Positions 9,033 to 17,793 of a DNA stretch of 64,000 bases are shown here, one piece after another (within the stretch, counting starts at the first letter, position 1; every line of letters begins with the position of its first letter). The notes below the pieces were generated by a model. The model saw only the letters and a program-made list of their open reading frames with translations. It did no database searches and was not told where the DNA came from. A program made the translations under genes and the position numbers. This DNA comes from Deltaproteobacteria bacterium (GTDB taxonomy: Bacteria > Myxococcota > Kuafuiibacteriia > Kuafuiibacteriales > Kuafuiibacteriaceae), in NCBI GenBank assembly GCA_040218735.1, contig JAVJQW010000011.1, positions 128,001 through 192,000 on the forward strand, given 5' to 3'.

Positions 9033-10263
9033 TGAACGCCACGTGGGATCCCTCGGCGGGGATCACCAGCGTGGTGTGGATCGTCGTACCGGCGCCCGGC
9101 GCCGACTGGACGTCGAACGTGCCGCGGAACTTCTGGGCACGCTCCTTCAGGTTCGTGAGCCCGTAGTGTCCGCTGCGGGAGGCGGTCGCCGCTTCGAAGC
9201 CCTTCCCGTCGTCGGTGACGATCAGCGAGACCATGTCGCCGTCGTACTTGAGCCGCACCTCGACGTTCTTCGCCTCTGCGTGTTTCGCCGTGTTGGTCAG
9301 GCACTCCTGCAGGATGCGGAAGATCGCGAGCTGCATCTCACTCGGGAGGCGCCGCGTCCGGCCGCGGACCTTGAACGCACACCACGAACGCGACCGCTCC
9401 TGGAACCGCATGCAGTAGTCCTCGAGCGCTTTGTGCAGGTCGAAGTCACGACGCATCATCGTGAGCGACCGTCGCAGCTCGTCGATCGCCTCCTCCGCCT
9501 GCGCCTTGAGCTCCTGGATCTCGTCGCGCAGCGGCGGGTCCTTCGCCATGCGCAGGATGAACTCCGACTGGATGATCAGCGTGGACAGCGAACCACCGAG
9601 CCCGTCGTGGATCTCGCGCGCCAGCCGCAATCGCTCCTCGGTGATGATCGCCGACTCCTGGCTCTTCGTGAGCTCCCGGAGCTGACTCGTCCGGCGCTCG
9701 TCGCGCGCCGACAGGTAGAGCAGGACGTACGCCGCGATCAGCGACAGCGTGGAGTACCACCCGACGAGGAACACCCCCTCGCCCAGCGCGCCGCCCGCGC
9801 CGAAGGTGCGGTCGAGGCTCGCGACGATCGGCAACACCAAGAGCGGCGGCACCAACGCAAAACGCTGCGGGAACAACAGCACGAAGAAGATCGCGAACAA
9901 CACCTGCGCGCCCATCACCGGCGACTGCAGCCCGCCGCTCGGGAGGACCATCATCGTCAGCGCGCACAGATCCAGGCACAGCGTCGCAAACGTCAGCGGG
10001 CGACCGAGGGTGGGATGATCGATCAGCAGGAAGTTCGCGACCGAGTAGGCGATCACCGCGAAGTACACGACGAACGCGATCGAGCTCGTCGTCCCCAGGA
10101 AGCGCGACCACGAGGGGACCGCGAGCACACACAGACCGATCGCGAGGAACGCGAGGCGCGCGTAGAACAGCGCCCGCGCCCGATCCGAGAAGCTCTCCGT
10201 GATCTGGAGGGCATCTTCCGTCGCCCCGTCCAGCGCGGCCGAGCCGCCGTAGGTGGGTGGCAT
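9007..10263 (-). CDS. Membrane sensor histidine kinase (HisKA_3, NarX/LiaS type)
   Basis: Multiple TM helices, EERLRLAREIHD H-box, QECLTNTAKHA N-box, DDGKGF, GHYGL and GAGT boxes. Confidence 0.92.
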   Translation of the reverse strand: MPPTYGGSAALDGATEDALQITESFSDRARALFYARLAFLAIGLCVLAVPSWSRFLGTTSSIAFVVYFAVIAYSVANFLLIDHPTLGRPLTFATLCLDLCALTMMVLPSGGLQSPVMGAQVLFAIFFVLLFPQRFALVPPLLVLPIVASLDRTFGAGGALGEGVFLVGWYSTLSLIAAYVLLYLSARDERRTSQLRELTKSQESAIITEERLRLAREIHDGLGGSLSTLIIQSEFILRMAKDPPLRDEIQELKAQAEEAIDELRRSLTMMRRDFDLHKALEDYCMRFQERSRSWCAFKVRGRTRRLPSEMQLAIFRILQECLTNTAKHAEAKNVEVRLKYDGDMVSLIVTDDGKGFEAATASRSGHYGLTNLKERAQKFRGTFDVQSAPGAGTTIHTTLVIPAEGSHVAFMPGQGLEP

Positions 10264-10286
10264 CGACACGTCCTAACACGAGTCGC

Positions 10287-10315
10287 TTGACCCCTCACGC
10301 ATCAGGCGGGATGGA
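10287..10315 (+). promoter_or_regulatory. Candidate sigma70-type promoter of purF
   Basis: TTGACC-N17-GATGGA, ending 9 nt before the GTG start. Confidence 0.4.
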
Positions 10316-10324
10316 CAAGGCACC

Positions 10325-11719
10325 GTGTGTGGCGTGTTCGGCATCTGGTCCCATCCGGAGGCCGCCAAGCTGGCGTACCTGGGCCTCCACGCCCTCCAGC
10401 ACCGCGGCCAGGAAGCCGCCGGGATCGTCGCGGCGGGCCGTGAAGATCAGCGCTACGCCCGGCACCTCGGCCGCGGCCTCGTCGCCGACGTCTTCACCGA
10501 GACGACGCTCACCCGCCTCGCCGGACAGCACGCGATCGGGCACGTCCGCTACTCGACCGCGGGGGGCACCGGGCAGGAGAACGCCCAACCGTTCTCGGTC
10601 CAGACCAGCAAGGGCCCGCTCGCGCTCGCGCACAACGGGAACCTCGTCAACGCCAAGGAGATCCGCGAGACACTCGAACGCGAGGGCGCCATCTTCTCGA
10701 CGCCCGGCGACTCCGAGGTCTTCGTCCACCTCCTCGCGCGGGCCCGCGCGCCGCGCCTCGTCGACCGCGTCCGCGAAGCCGCCGCGCAGGTCATCGGCGC
10801 GTACACCCTGATCATGATGCACGCGGGCGGCATGATCGGCGTGCGCGATCCGGAGGGCTTCAGGCCGCTCGTCCTCGGCGAGCTCAACGGCGCCCACGTC
10901 CTCGCGAGCGAGACCAGCGCGCTGGAGCTCATCGGCGCCACGTTCCTGCGCGAAGTGAAGCCGGGGGAGATCGTCTCCATCGACAAAAACGGCGTGCACA
11001 GCGAACGCCTCGTCCACGCGCCCGACGCCCGCCCCTGCTCGTGTGTCTTCGAGCTCGTCTACTTCGCGCGCCCGGACAGCTCGATCTTCGAGCGCAGCGT
11101 CTACGAAGCGCGCGTGAAGATGGGGAAGCACCTCGCCGAAGAGCAGCCCGCCGAAGCCGACCTCGTCGTGCCGGTACCGGACTCGGGTGTCCCCGCCGCG
11201 CTCGGGTTCGCGGAGGCCTCCGGCATCCCGTTCCGCCACGGCCTCCTGCGCAGCCACTACGTCGGCCGCACGTTCATCGAGCCCGAGCAGTCGATCCGCC
11301 ACTTCGGTGTGAAGCTGAAGCTCAGCCCGATCCGCTCGGTGCTGGAGGGCAAACGCGTCGTGGTCGTCGACGACTCGATCGTGCGCGGCACCACCAGCCG
11401 CAAGATCGTCGGGATGCTCCGCAGCGCGGGCGCGAAGGAGGTCCACCTGCGGATCTCGTCGCCGCCGTCGCGCTACCCCTGCTTCTACGGCATCGACACC
11501 CCCACACGCACCGAGCTCATCGCCGCGCAGAAGTCCGTCGAAGAGACGCGCGACTTCATCACCGCCGACAGCCTCGGCTACCTCTCGGAGGCGGGCCTGC
11601 ACGCGGCGGCGAACGACGCCGAGCAGGAGCGCTTCTGCAACGCGTGTTTCACCGGTCGCTACACGTCGGGCCGCGAGCTCATCGAGCCGCGCCTCGTCCA
11701 GCTCCCGAGCAACGCGTAG
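10325..11719 (+). CDS. purF: Amidophosphoribosyltransferase
   Basis: N-terminal CGVFG, LQHRGQE, HVRYST, HNGNL, VPDSG, PRPP loop VVVVDDSIVRGTT, PCFYGID and the FCNAC Fe-S ligands. Confidence 0.98.
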   Translation: MCGVFGIWSHPEAAKLAYLGLHALQHRGQEAAGIVAAGREDQRYARHLGRGLVADVFTETTLTRLAGQHAIGHVRYSTAGGTGQENAQPFSVQTSKGPLALAHNGNLVNAKEIRETLEREGAIFSTPGDSEVFVHLLARARAPRLVDRVREAAAQVIGAYTLIMMHAGGMIGVRDPEGFRPLVLGELNGAHVLASETSALELIGATFLREVKPGEIVSIDKNGVHSERLVHAPDARPCSCVFELVYFARPDSSIFERSVYEARVKMGKHLAEEQPAEADLVVPVPDSGVPAALGFAEASGIPFRHGLLRSHYVGRTFIEPEQSIRHFGVKLKLSPIRSVLEGKRVVVVDDSIVRGTTSRKIVGMLRSAGAKEVHLRISSPPSRYPCFYGIDTPTRTELIAAQKSVEETRDFITADSLGYLSEAGLHAAANDAEQERFCNACFTGRYTSGRELIEPRLVQLPSNA

Positions 11720-11722
11720 CCG

Positions 11723-14602
11723 TCACCACTCGAGCGGGTGGCCCGCGATGTCGTCCTTGGACGTGGTCACGAAGACCTGCGTCGCGCCGCCGAGGTAGGC
11801 GAGCATCTGGGCGAGGAGCTTGCGTTTCTTCGCCGAGAACTTCGTGAAGGGGTCGTCGAAGAGCACCGGGATGCGGCGCTCGCGCACGATGGCCTCCACG
11901 AGGCAGAACCGCAGCGCGGCGTCGACGAGGTCGAGCTGCTCCCCCTCGAGCTGCGTGTACGCGGTGGATTCGTCGGCCGCGGTGTAGAGCGTGACCTCGC
12001 CGCGGGGGCCAAAGGAGGCCGTACGGAAGTGACCGTCGGTGAACGCGACGAGGTACTGCCCGAGGCGGCGCTCGATCGCCTGCCCGAGGTCGTCGACCTG
12101 GCGCTGGAGGACGTCGACCGCCGCCTGCATCAGGTCGCGCGACCGGTCGGGGATCATCGCGCCGCCCGAGCCGTCGTAGGTACCGACACCGTACCCGCCG
12201 CTTCCGCCGCCGCCGCCGCCGTAGCCGCCCACCGCGAAGTAACCGCTCGCGCCCTGCCCGCCCGACGAGTCGGACCGCCCCGACGACGACGCGCCGTAGC
12301 CGGAACCGTAGCCGTCTTCGTCGTCATCGTCCTCTTCGACCAACGATCCACCGCCGAAGTCGAACATCGCGCGCGCGTTGCTGTCGGCGTTGGGGATCGG
12401 CTGCTTCGGTACCGGCGGCGCGGGCTGCGGCTCGCCGGGGTACGCCTTCGTGATGATGCTCGGCTCGCGCGCGAGGGGATCGGCGGGCGCCGACTCGTTC
12501 GTCTGCGAGAACTCGCGCGGATCGATCGGCGTGACAAACGTCGAGAACGACCGCGGGCGCGCCGTGCGCAGCTCCGGGACGTCCGACGCGACGTCCGGTG
12601 CAGGCAGCGGCGGCGACGAGGGGAACGACGGGAGCTTGGCCCTGACCCCGGGCGAGCTCGCGAGGGGATCCGGGTTCTCGAAGTCGCCGGTGCGTACACC
12701 CGGGATGTCGTCGCTCTTGATCTTGCCGAGATCGTCCGTCGAGAACCGAGGCACGTCCCCGGTTCGCACGGGGAGGTCCCGCGTCGGCGGTGACGCGGGT
12801 GTGCCGACGATCGATCCTCCGCGTGGACGCGGCACCGGTGCGCCGCTCGCCCCACGTGGCAGCGGCGCGCGGACTCCACTCGCCGCCCTCGGGATTGGCG
12901 TGCCCGGGACACTCGTCGCGCGCGGCGGCGCCCCGCCCGGGATAGGCGTGCCGACGATGGAGCCGGTCCGCGTCCGCTCCGGCGGTGGGAGGTCCGGCGT
13001 CCCGACGATCGAGCTCGCGCGCTGCTTCGGTTCACCGAGATCCGTCGCGAGGCGATCGATGCGGCGGTTCAGCGTGTCGACCGAAAGCAGCGAGCCCGCC
13101 CCCGCCATGACATCGGCCTCCAGCGCCTCGAGGCGCCGCTCGATCGCGGTGAGCTCCGCGGTCGCGGAGCTCAGCTCCGAGTCGCGCATGAGCGACGCGA
13201 GGGTCTCCTCCGCGATCATGCGTTGGTGCTGCACGCGCTCCTGCGCTTCGAGGCGTTCGAGGAGCGCGGCCGGGGAGTCGACGTCGAGCTTGGTCATCAG
13301 GCGCTTCGTCGCGCCGGTGTCGAGGTTGTGCTGTTTCTCCAGGCGCGTGAGTCGGTCCTTCGCGGCGGTGTGTCGGACGGCGCGCCGGGCGCGGCCCTCG
13401 AGGTCGGAGATGAAGCGCAGCGCCGAACCACCCACGACCAGCGCGCACGCGACATTGAGCAGCGCGAGCATCGGGGCGGCGAGCACCCCGGCCAGCACGA
13501 GGAAGCCGACGACGCCCAGCAGCCCGCCGAGGAAGTACGGATCCTTCTCGAGCGGTTGGATGAACGCGTTGCGCTCCTCCGCTTCGAGCGCGATCAGCTC
13601 GTCGTCGAGTCGCGCGCGGTCGTCCATGAACTTGGCTTCGAGCTCTTCGTAGTGCCGCAGGCGCTCGGTGAATCCGCTCGGGAGGTTCTGGAGGTCGTCG
13701 CCGGGGGCGTCCTGTTCGATGCGCTCGAGCTCCGCCTTCACGCGCGACACCCGCTCGACCTTCTCGGCGAGCTCGAACTTGCGGTGGTTGAGCTGGTCGA
13801 TCTCGTCCTGCGCCCGCTCGGACCGCACCAGCGTCTCGAGCTGCCCCTTGAGCTTGGCGAGCTCGGCGCGCGCCTCCTCCTTGGAGGCCTTCTTCTTCTC
13901 GGGCGTCGGGGCCGCGGAGCCCGGATCCTCGAGCTCGGACTGCACCAGCGCGTTGGTGACGTTGAGCGAGGAGCCGAAGGTCCCCGGCATCACGCCGCTC
14001 ATGTGGGAGAGCGCGCGCGGCGGCGCGGCGCCCAGCGCGCTGTCGGGGCGCGCCATGACGCCGGAGAGGTGGTGGTGCTGCATCCCCCCCGCGAGCCCCG
14101 GCGCGGAGGGTGCGGGGGCGTTCGACATCAGCGGCGCGCCGCTCTTGGTGCGCGCGCGCTCCAGCCTCGACGGCATCGACTCCGGCGAGAAGACGAAGAG
14201 GCGCTCGTAGGAGACCTCGTCCGGGAGGTGCTGCTGGACGCGTACGTAGTTGGCGGCGTCTTTCGTGACGTCGGTGAACAACGTGTACTGCTTCGTCGCC
14301 TGGTCGAACTTGTAGAGCTTGATCGCTCCGCTGTCCGCCTCGCGGATCATTCGGTACGTGACCTTGTCGCGACCGAAGAACGTGAGCGCCGCGCGCGACC
14401 GGTCGGCGCGCGACATGACGAGGTGTGCGGTCGCGTTGTGCCGCGCGGGGTCCGCGAAGAGCGTGTGATAGAAGGCGTCGAACAGAGCGGTGCCCAGCGC
14501 GCGATCCGAAGGATGCGCGACGTTCAGCCCGGGCTTCATGCGAAGCCGGACCAGCTCCGGAAAGCCCTTGATGCCCTGGAGCGCGAGCTCGACGACGATC
14601 AT
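11723..14602 (-). CDS. SMC/Rad50/YhaN-like coiled-coil protein with degenerate ATPase motifs, TM hairpin and long low-complexity insert
   Basis: SMC-like first strands (ELALQGIKGF...KPGLNV) with no GxGKS/T. Coiled coils, hydrophobic hairpin, C-terminal LEGEQ...PVLFDDPF...QVFVTT. Confidence 0.7.
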   Translation of the reverse strand: MIVVELALQGIKGFPELVRLRMKPGLNVAHPSDRALGTALFDAFYHTLFADPARHNATAHLVMSRADRSRAALTFFGRDKVTYRMIREADSGAIKLYKFDQATKQYTLFTDVTKDAANYVRVQQHLPDEVSYERLFVFSPESMPSRLERARTKSGAPLMSNAPAPSAPGLAGGMQHHHLSGVMARPDSALGAAPPRALSHMSGVMPGTFGSSLNVTNALVQSELEDPGSAAPTPEKKKASKEEARAELAKLKGQLETLVRSERAQDEIDQLNHRKFELAEKVERVSRVKAELERIEQDAPGDDLQNLPSGFTERLRHYEELEAKFMDDRARLDDELIALEAEERNAFIQPLEKDPYFLGGLLGVVGFLVLAGVLAAPMLALLNVACALVVGGSALRFISDLEGRARRAVRHTAAKDRLTRLEKQHNLDTGATKRLMTKLDVDSPAALLERLEAQERVQHQRMIAEETLASLMRDSELSSATAELTAIERRLEALEADVMAGAGSLLSVDTLNRRIDRLATDLGEPKQRASSIVGTPDLPPPERTRTGSIVGTPIPGGAPPRATSVPGTPIPRAASGVRAPLPRGASGAPVPRPRGGSIVGTPASPPTRDLPVRTGDVPRFSTDDLGKIKSDDIPGVRTGDFENPDPLASSPGVRAKLPSFPSSPPLPAPDVASDVPELRTARPRSFSTFVTPIDPREFSQTNESAPADPLAREPSIITKAYPGEPQPAPPVPKQPIPNADSNARAMFDFGGGSLVEEDDDDEDGYGSGYGASSSGRSDSSGGQGASGYFAVGGYGGGGGGSGGYGVGTYDGSGGAMIPDRSRDLMQAAVDVLQRQVDDLGQAIERRLGQYLVAFTDGHFRTASFGPRGEVTLYTAADESTAYTQLEGEQLDLVDAALRFCLVEAIVRERRIPVLFDDPFTKFSAKKRKLLAQMLAYLGGATQVFVTTSKDDIAGHPLEW

Positions 14603-14774
14603 CGACCAGGTTCCTCGACCGCCCCGGACGAACGCGCCCGAGACACCTCGTCCGGGCTACGCTCGGGTCGAGGCGGACGCAGTAAAGCATCGATGCCGCC
14701 CGCCATAAACGGCGGACAGCGGCCTACACCGACGATGGGATGGTAAACGCGCCGTGCGCGGTGCGCGGCGGCGA

Positions 14775-15140
14775 TCAGGAGCGCTTCTGCCGGTGGTCGG
14801 TGCGCTCCTTGATGCGCGCCGCCTTACCGGAGAGGTTGCGGAGGTAGTAGAGCTTGGCGCGGCGGACCTGACCGTGGCTCTTGACCTCGATCTTGTCGAT
14901 CGCGGGCGTCGCGAGCGGGAAGATACGCTCGACGCCGACGCCGTGGGAGACCTTGCGGACCGTGATGCTCGCCCGGACGCCGCCCTTGCGGTGGCGAATG
15001 ACGATGCCCTCGAAGACCTGGATGCGCTCTTTGTCGCCTTCCTTGATCTTGGTGTGAACTCGAACCGTGTCTCCGATGCGGAGCGCCGGGTGGTCGTTGC
15101 GGATGTAGTTCTTTTCGATTTCGTCGATGACCGAGTTCAT
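14775..15140 (-). CDS. rplS: 50S ribosomal protein L19
   Basis: [24 protein letters not shown] and [10 protein letters not shown]. Confidence 0.98.
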   Translation of the reverse strand: MNSVIDEIEKNYIRNDHPALRIGDTVRVHTKIKEGDKERIQVFEGIVIRHRKGGVRASITVRKVSHGVGVERIFPLATPAIDKIEVKSHGQVRRAKLYYLRNLSGKAARIKERTDHRQKRS

Positions 15141-15165
15141 GATCCAAGCTCCCTGGGAGAGAGGC

Positions 15166-15194
15166 GTTTTCTTCTCAGGCGGTCGTCGCGTCAA
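15166..15194 (-). promoter_or_regulatory. Candidate internal promoter of rplS
   Basis: TTGACG-N17-GAAAAC upstream of a GGAG Shine-Dalgarno and the ATG. Confidence 0.45.
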
Positions 15195-15226
15195 GAGAAA
15201 AAGTCCATCGTCGGGCTTTCACGCCC

Positions 15227-16435
15227 TCACCGCTCCGACCGCAGCCGCTCCAGCTGACTCGCCATCGCCGCCAGCAGCGGGAGCCGGTTGAGGCGCGCCG
15301 TGCTCCGGACCGGCGGCAGCCAGCCCTGCACCGCGTCCTCGGGCGCCCCGAACGCCAAGACTCCCTCGCGAGGCGCCGCCACCGGCGCGGACCCGCGCGC
15401 CGCGCTCGAGCTGCCGTACAGCGGAGCGCCGATCGCCGCCCAGGTCGGCACGACCTCGATACGCCGCGACGTGACCAACCGCGCCCGCGGCGCCGGCCCA
15501 CGGCGCTGACGGCGCGATCGCTCGTCCGGCACGTCCACCTCGATCGCCGGGAGCGCCGCGACCTGGTCGGGGTCGCCCCCCACCCAGATCAACCGCGACA
15601 GCTCGTACGCGGCGGCGAGCCGCGCCAACGCGACCAGCGCCTCGGACGAGCGCGGCCCTGTGAAGGCCACCGCGGGACCCACGTCGGCGGTTGCACCGGG
15701 GAACGGGTCTTCGAGGCCCACCCCCTCGCGGCGCAACATCCGGCGCTCGTCTTTGGAGGCGCCGCGCGACACGAACAGATCGGGGCGCCGCGCCCGCGTC
15801 CGCCGCAGCGCCTCGGCGTACCGCCAGGCCTCGATGCGCTCGTGGTGCCCGGACGTGAGCACGTCGGGGACGTCGCGCCCCTCGAAGCTCGGCGGCCGGG
15901 TGTACTGCGGGTGCTCGAGGAGGCCGGCGGCGAACGAGTCGTGCTCGGAGGAGTCGGCGTTGCCGAGTGTTCCGGGGAGCAACCGCACGACGCCATCGAT
16001 AATGGTCAGCGCCGCGTACTCCCCTCCGGTGAGCACGAAGTCGCCGAGCGAGATCTCGTCGTCGACGAAGTCACGAATCCGCTCGTCGAACCCCTCGTAG
16101 CGCCCGGCGAGCAGCGCGAGGTGGCCGCCGGCGGCCCACCGCGAAAGATCCTTCTGCGCGAGCGGCCGGCCCTGGGGCGACATCATCACCACCGGGCCCG
16201 CGCCCTTCGCGCGCACGGCGCGGATCGCCGCGACGAGCGGCTCGACCTTCATCACCATCCCGGCGCCGCCGCCGTAGGGGGTGTCGTCGACGGTGCGGTG
16301 TACGTCGGACGTGAAGGTGCGCGGGTCGATGAAGTCGACGTGCGCCGCGCCGCCCGTGATCGCCTTGCCCACCAACCCCGTCGCCAGCGGTCCGGCGAAG
16401 AACTCGTGGAACAAGGTGATGACGTCGATCTTCAT
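15227..16435 (-). CDS. trmD: tRNA (guanine37-N1)-methyltransferase with C-terminal extra domain
   Basis: VDDTPYGGGAGM, GRYEGFDERI, SLGDFVLTGGE and LLEHPQYTRP, plus about 150 extra residues. Confidence 0.96.
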   Translation of the reverse strand: MKIDVITLFHEFFAGPLATGLVGKAITGGAAHVDFIDPRTFTSDVHRTVDDTPYGGGAGMVMKVEPLVAAIRAVRAKGAGPVVMMSPQGRPLAQKDLSRWAAGGHLALLAGRYEGFDERIRDFVDDEISLGDFVLTGGEYAALTIIDGVVRLLPGTLGNADSSEHDSFAAGLLEHPQYTRPPSFEGRDVPDVLTSGHHERIEAWRYAEALRRTRARRPDLFVSRGASKDERRMLRREGVGLEDPFPGATADVGPAVAFTGPRSSEALVALARLAAAYELSRLIWVGGDPDQVAALPAIEVDVPDERSRRQRRGPAPRARLVTSRRIEVVPTWAAIGAPLYGSSSAARGSAPVAAPREGVLAFGAPEDAVQGWLPPVRSTARLNRLPLLAAMASQLERLRSER

Positions 16436-16965
16436 TCGAGGTCCAGCAACCCCGGCAGCGGCGTGAGGCGGAGCCGCCCTTGTCCGTCGAGGCCGGCCAC
16501 GAACACGTCGACGTACGGGACGAGCGCCTCTCCACCGTCCGGACGCTCGATCACCAGCATCGCCTGCGCGCCGTTGTCCCGTACGTCGGCGACGACGCCG
16601 AGGACGTCGCCGGTCTCGTCGTGGACGGCGGTCGCGCCGAACGCACGGTCCACGTCGTCGACGAGCGCGCCGGGGAGGTGGGCCGGATCGAGGTCGAGGA
16701 AACGACCGACGAGCGCTTCGGCGCGGCTCCGGTCGATGCCGTCGAGCCGCAGCACCGCGCGCGTCGGATCCACGAACCGCAGCGACGTGAGGACGAAGGT
16801 CTCCTCGTCACCCGCTTCGGTGGCGAGCGCGACGGACACCGGCCCGCGGACGCTCTTGGTCTTGTGGCTCTTGTCCCGGCGCGGCCGGAACAGGCGGACC
16901 GCCACGTGCCCTTCCAGGCCGTGGGGCTTACTGACGAGGCCCACCCGGTAGACGTAGGCGGACAC
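16432..16965 (-). CDS. rimM: 16S rRNA processing protein RimM
   Basis: VG-x-x-x-KPHGLEG, R-x-x-AEALVG and LVPYV; lies between khpA and trmD. Confidence 0.88.
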   Translation of the reverse strand: MSAYVYRVGLVSKPHGLEGHVAVRLFRPRRDKSHKTKSVRGPVSVALATEAGDEETFVLTSLRFVDPTRAVLRLDGIDRSRAEALVGRFLDLDPAHLPGALVDDVDRAFGATAVHDETGDVLGVVADVRDNGAQAMLVIERPDGGEALVPYVDVFVAGLDGQGRLRLTPLPGLLDLE

Positions 16966-16977
16966 GGTCGGGGGGAG

Positions 16978-17208
16978 CTACTCGATGATCTCGAGCGTGG
17001 AGCGCTTCTGCACCTTCATGGCTGCGGCCGACAGGATCGTACGCATGGCCTTCGCGGTGCGGCCCTTCTTGCCGATCACCTTGCCGAGGTCTTCCTTCGA
17101 AACCTTCAGCTTGATGATCGAAGCCTCTTCGTCGCCGAACTCCGTGACTTCGACGGTGTCGGGGGCATCGACGAGCGCTTTGGCGATGTACTCGATGAGG
17201 TCCTTCAT
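16978..17208 (-). CDS. khpA: KH-domain RNA-binding protein
   Basis: DLGKVIGKKGRTAKAMR motif; canonical position after rpsP. Confidence 0.95.
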   Translation of the reverse strand: MKDLIEYIAKALVDAPDTVEVTEFGDEEASIIKLKVSKEDLGKVIGKKGRTAKAMRTILSAAAMKVQKRSTLEIIE

Positions 17209-17226
17209 CTCGTGTCGCCTCGCGCT

Positions 17227-17706
17227 CTACTCGGACTTCTCGGCGTCGGTCGCCTCGGGCGCGGCCTCGCCTTCGGGCTTGGCTTCGGCGGGCGCGGCCT
17301 CTTCGGCCTTCGCCTCGGCGGCGGGCGCGGCTTCGGCCGCAGCGGCCTCCGCCTTCGGCTCGTCCTTCGGCGCGTCGGCCTTGGCGGCCTCCGCCTTCGG
17401 CTCGTCCTTCTTCGCCGGTGCGGCTTCGACGGGCGGCGCCTCGTACTTCGGCTTCGCCTGCGGGAGGACGTTGCCCTCCTTCTTCGCCTTCTTGATGAGG
17501 CTCTTCACGGTCGGTGACGTCTGCGCACCCACGCTCAACCAGTAGTCGATGCGGTCCTGCTTGAGGACGAGCACTTCCTTCGCGGGGATGTAGTAGCCGA
17601 GGTTCTCGACGAACCGGCCGTCACGGCGTGCACGCTGGTCGGCAGCCACGAGGTGGTAAACGGGGCGCTTTTTGGTACCGGCGCGCGCGAGTCTGAGGGT
17701 CAGCAT
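17227..17706 (-). CDS. rpsP: 30S ribosomal protein S16 with Ala/Glu/Lys/Pro-rich tail
   Basis: LRLARAG-x-KKRP-x-Y, RDGRFVE and YWLSVGAQ. Confidence 0.97.
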   Translation of the reverse strand: MLTLRLARAGTKKRPVYHLVAADQRARRDGRFVENLGYYIPAKEVLVLKQDRIDYWLSVGAQTSPTVKSLIKKAKKEGNVLPQAKPKYEAPPVEAAPAKKDEPKAEAAKADAPKDEPKAEAAAAEAAPAAEAKAEEAAPAEAKPEGEAAPEATDAEKSE

Positions 17707-17761
17707 TCAGCCCAGCTCCTTGATATCGAATCCTCCCCGAGATGTAGGACGGGGAGGGCGG

Positions 17762-17790
17762 TCAATCGCGAATGCAGCCCGAGATGTCAA
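17762..17790 (-). promoter_or_regulatory. Candidate promoter of the rpsP operon
   Basis: TTGACA-N17-GATTGA. The leader holds a CCTCCCCG/CGGGGAGG hairpin and an AAGGAG Shine-Dalgarno. Confidence 0.5.
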
Positions 17791-17793
17791 CAA

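Noticed and set aside
11723-14602. Wadjet/SbcCD/Lamassu-type SMC defence or repair system
   Set aside because: No partner nuclease, kleisin or effector gene, the ATPase motifs are degenerate, and the context is housekeeping.
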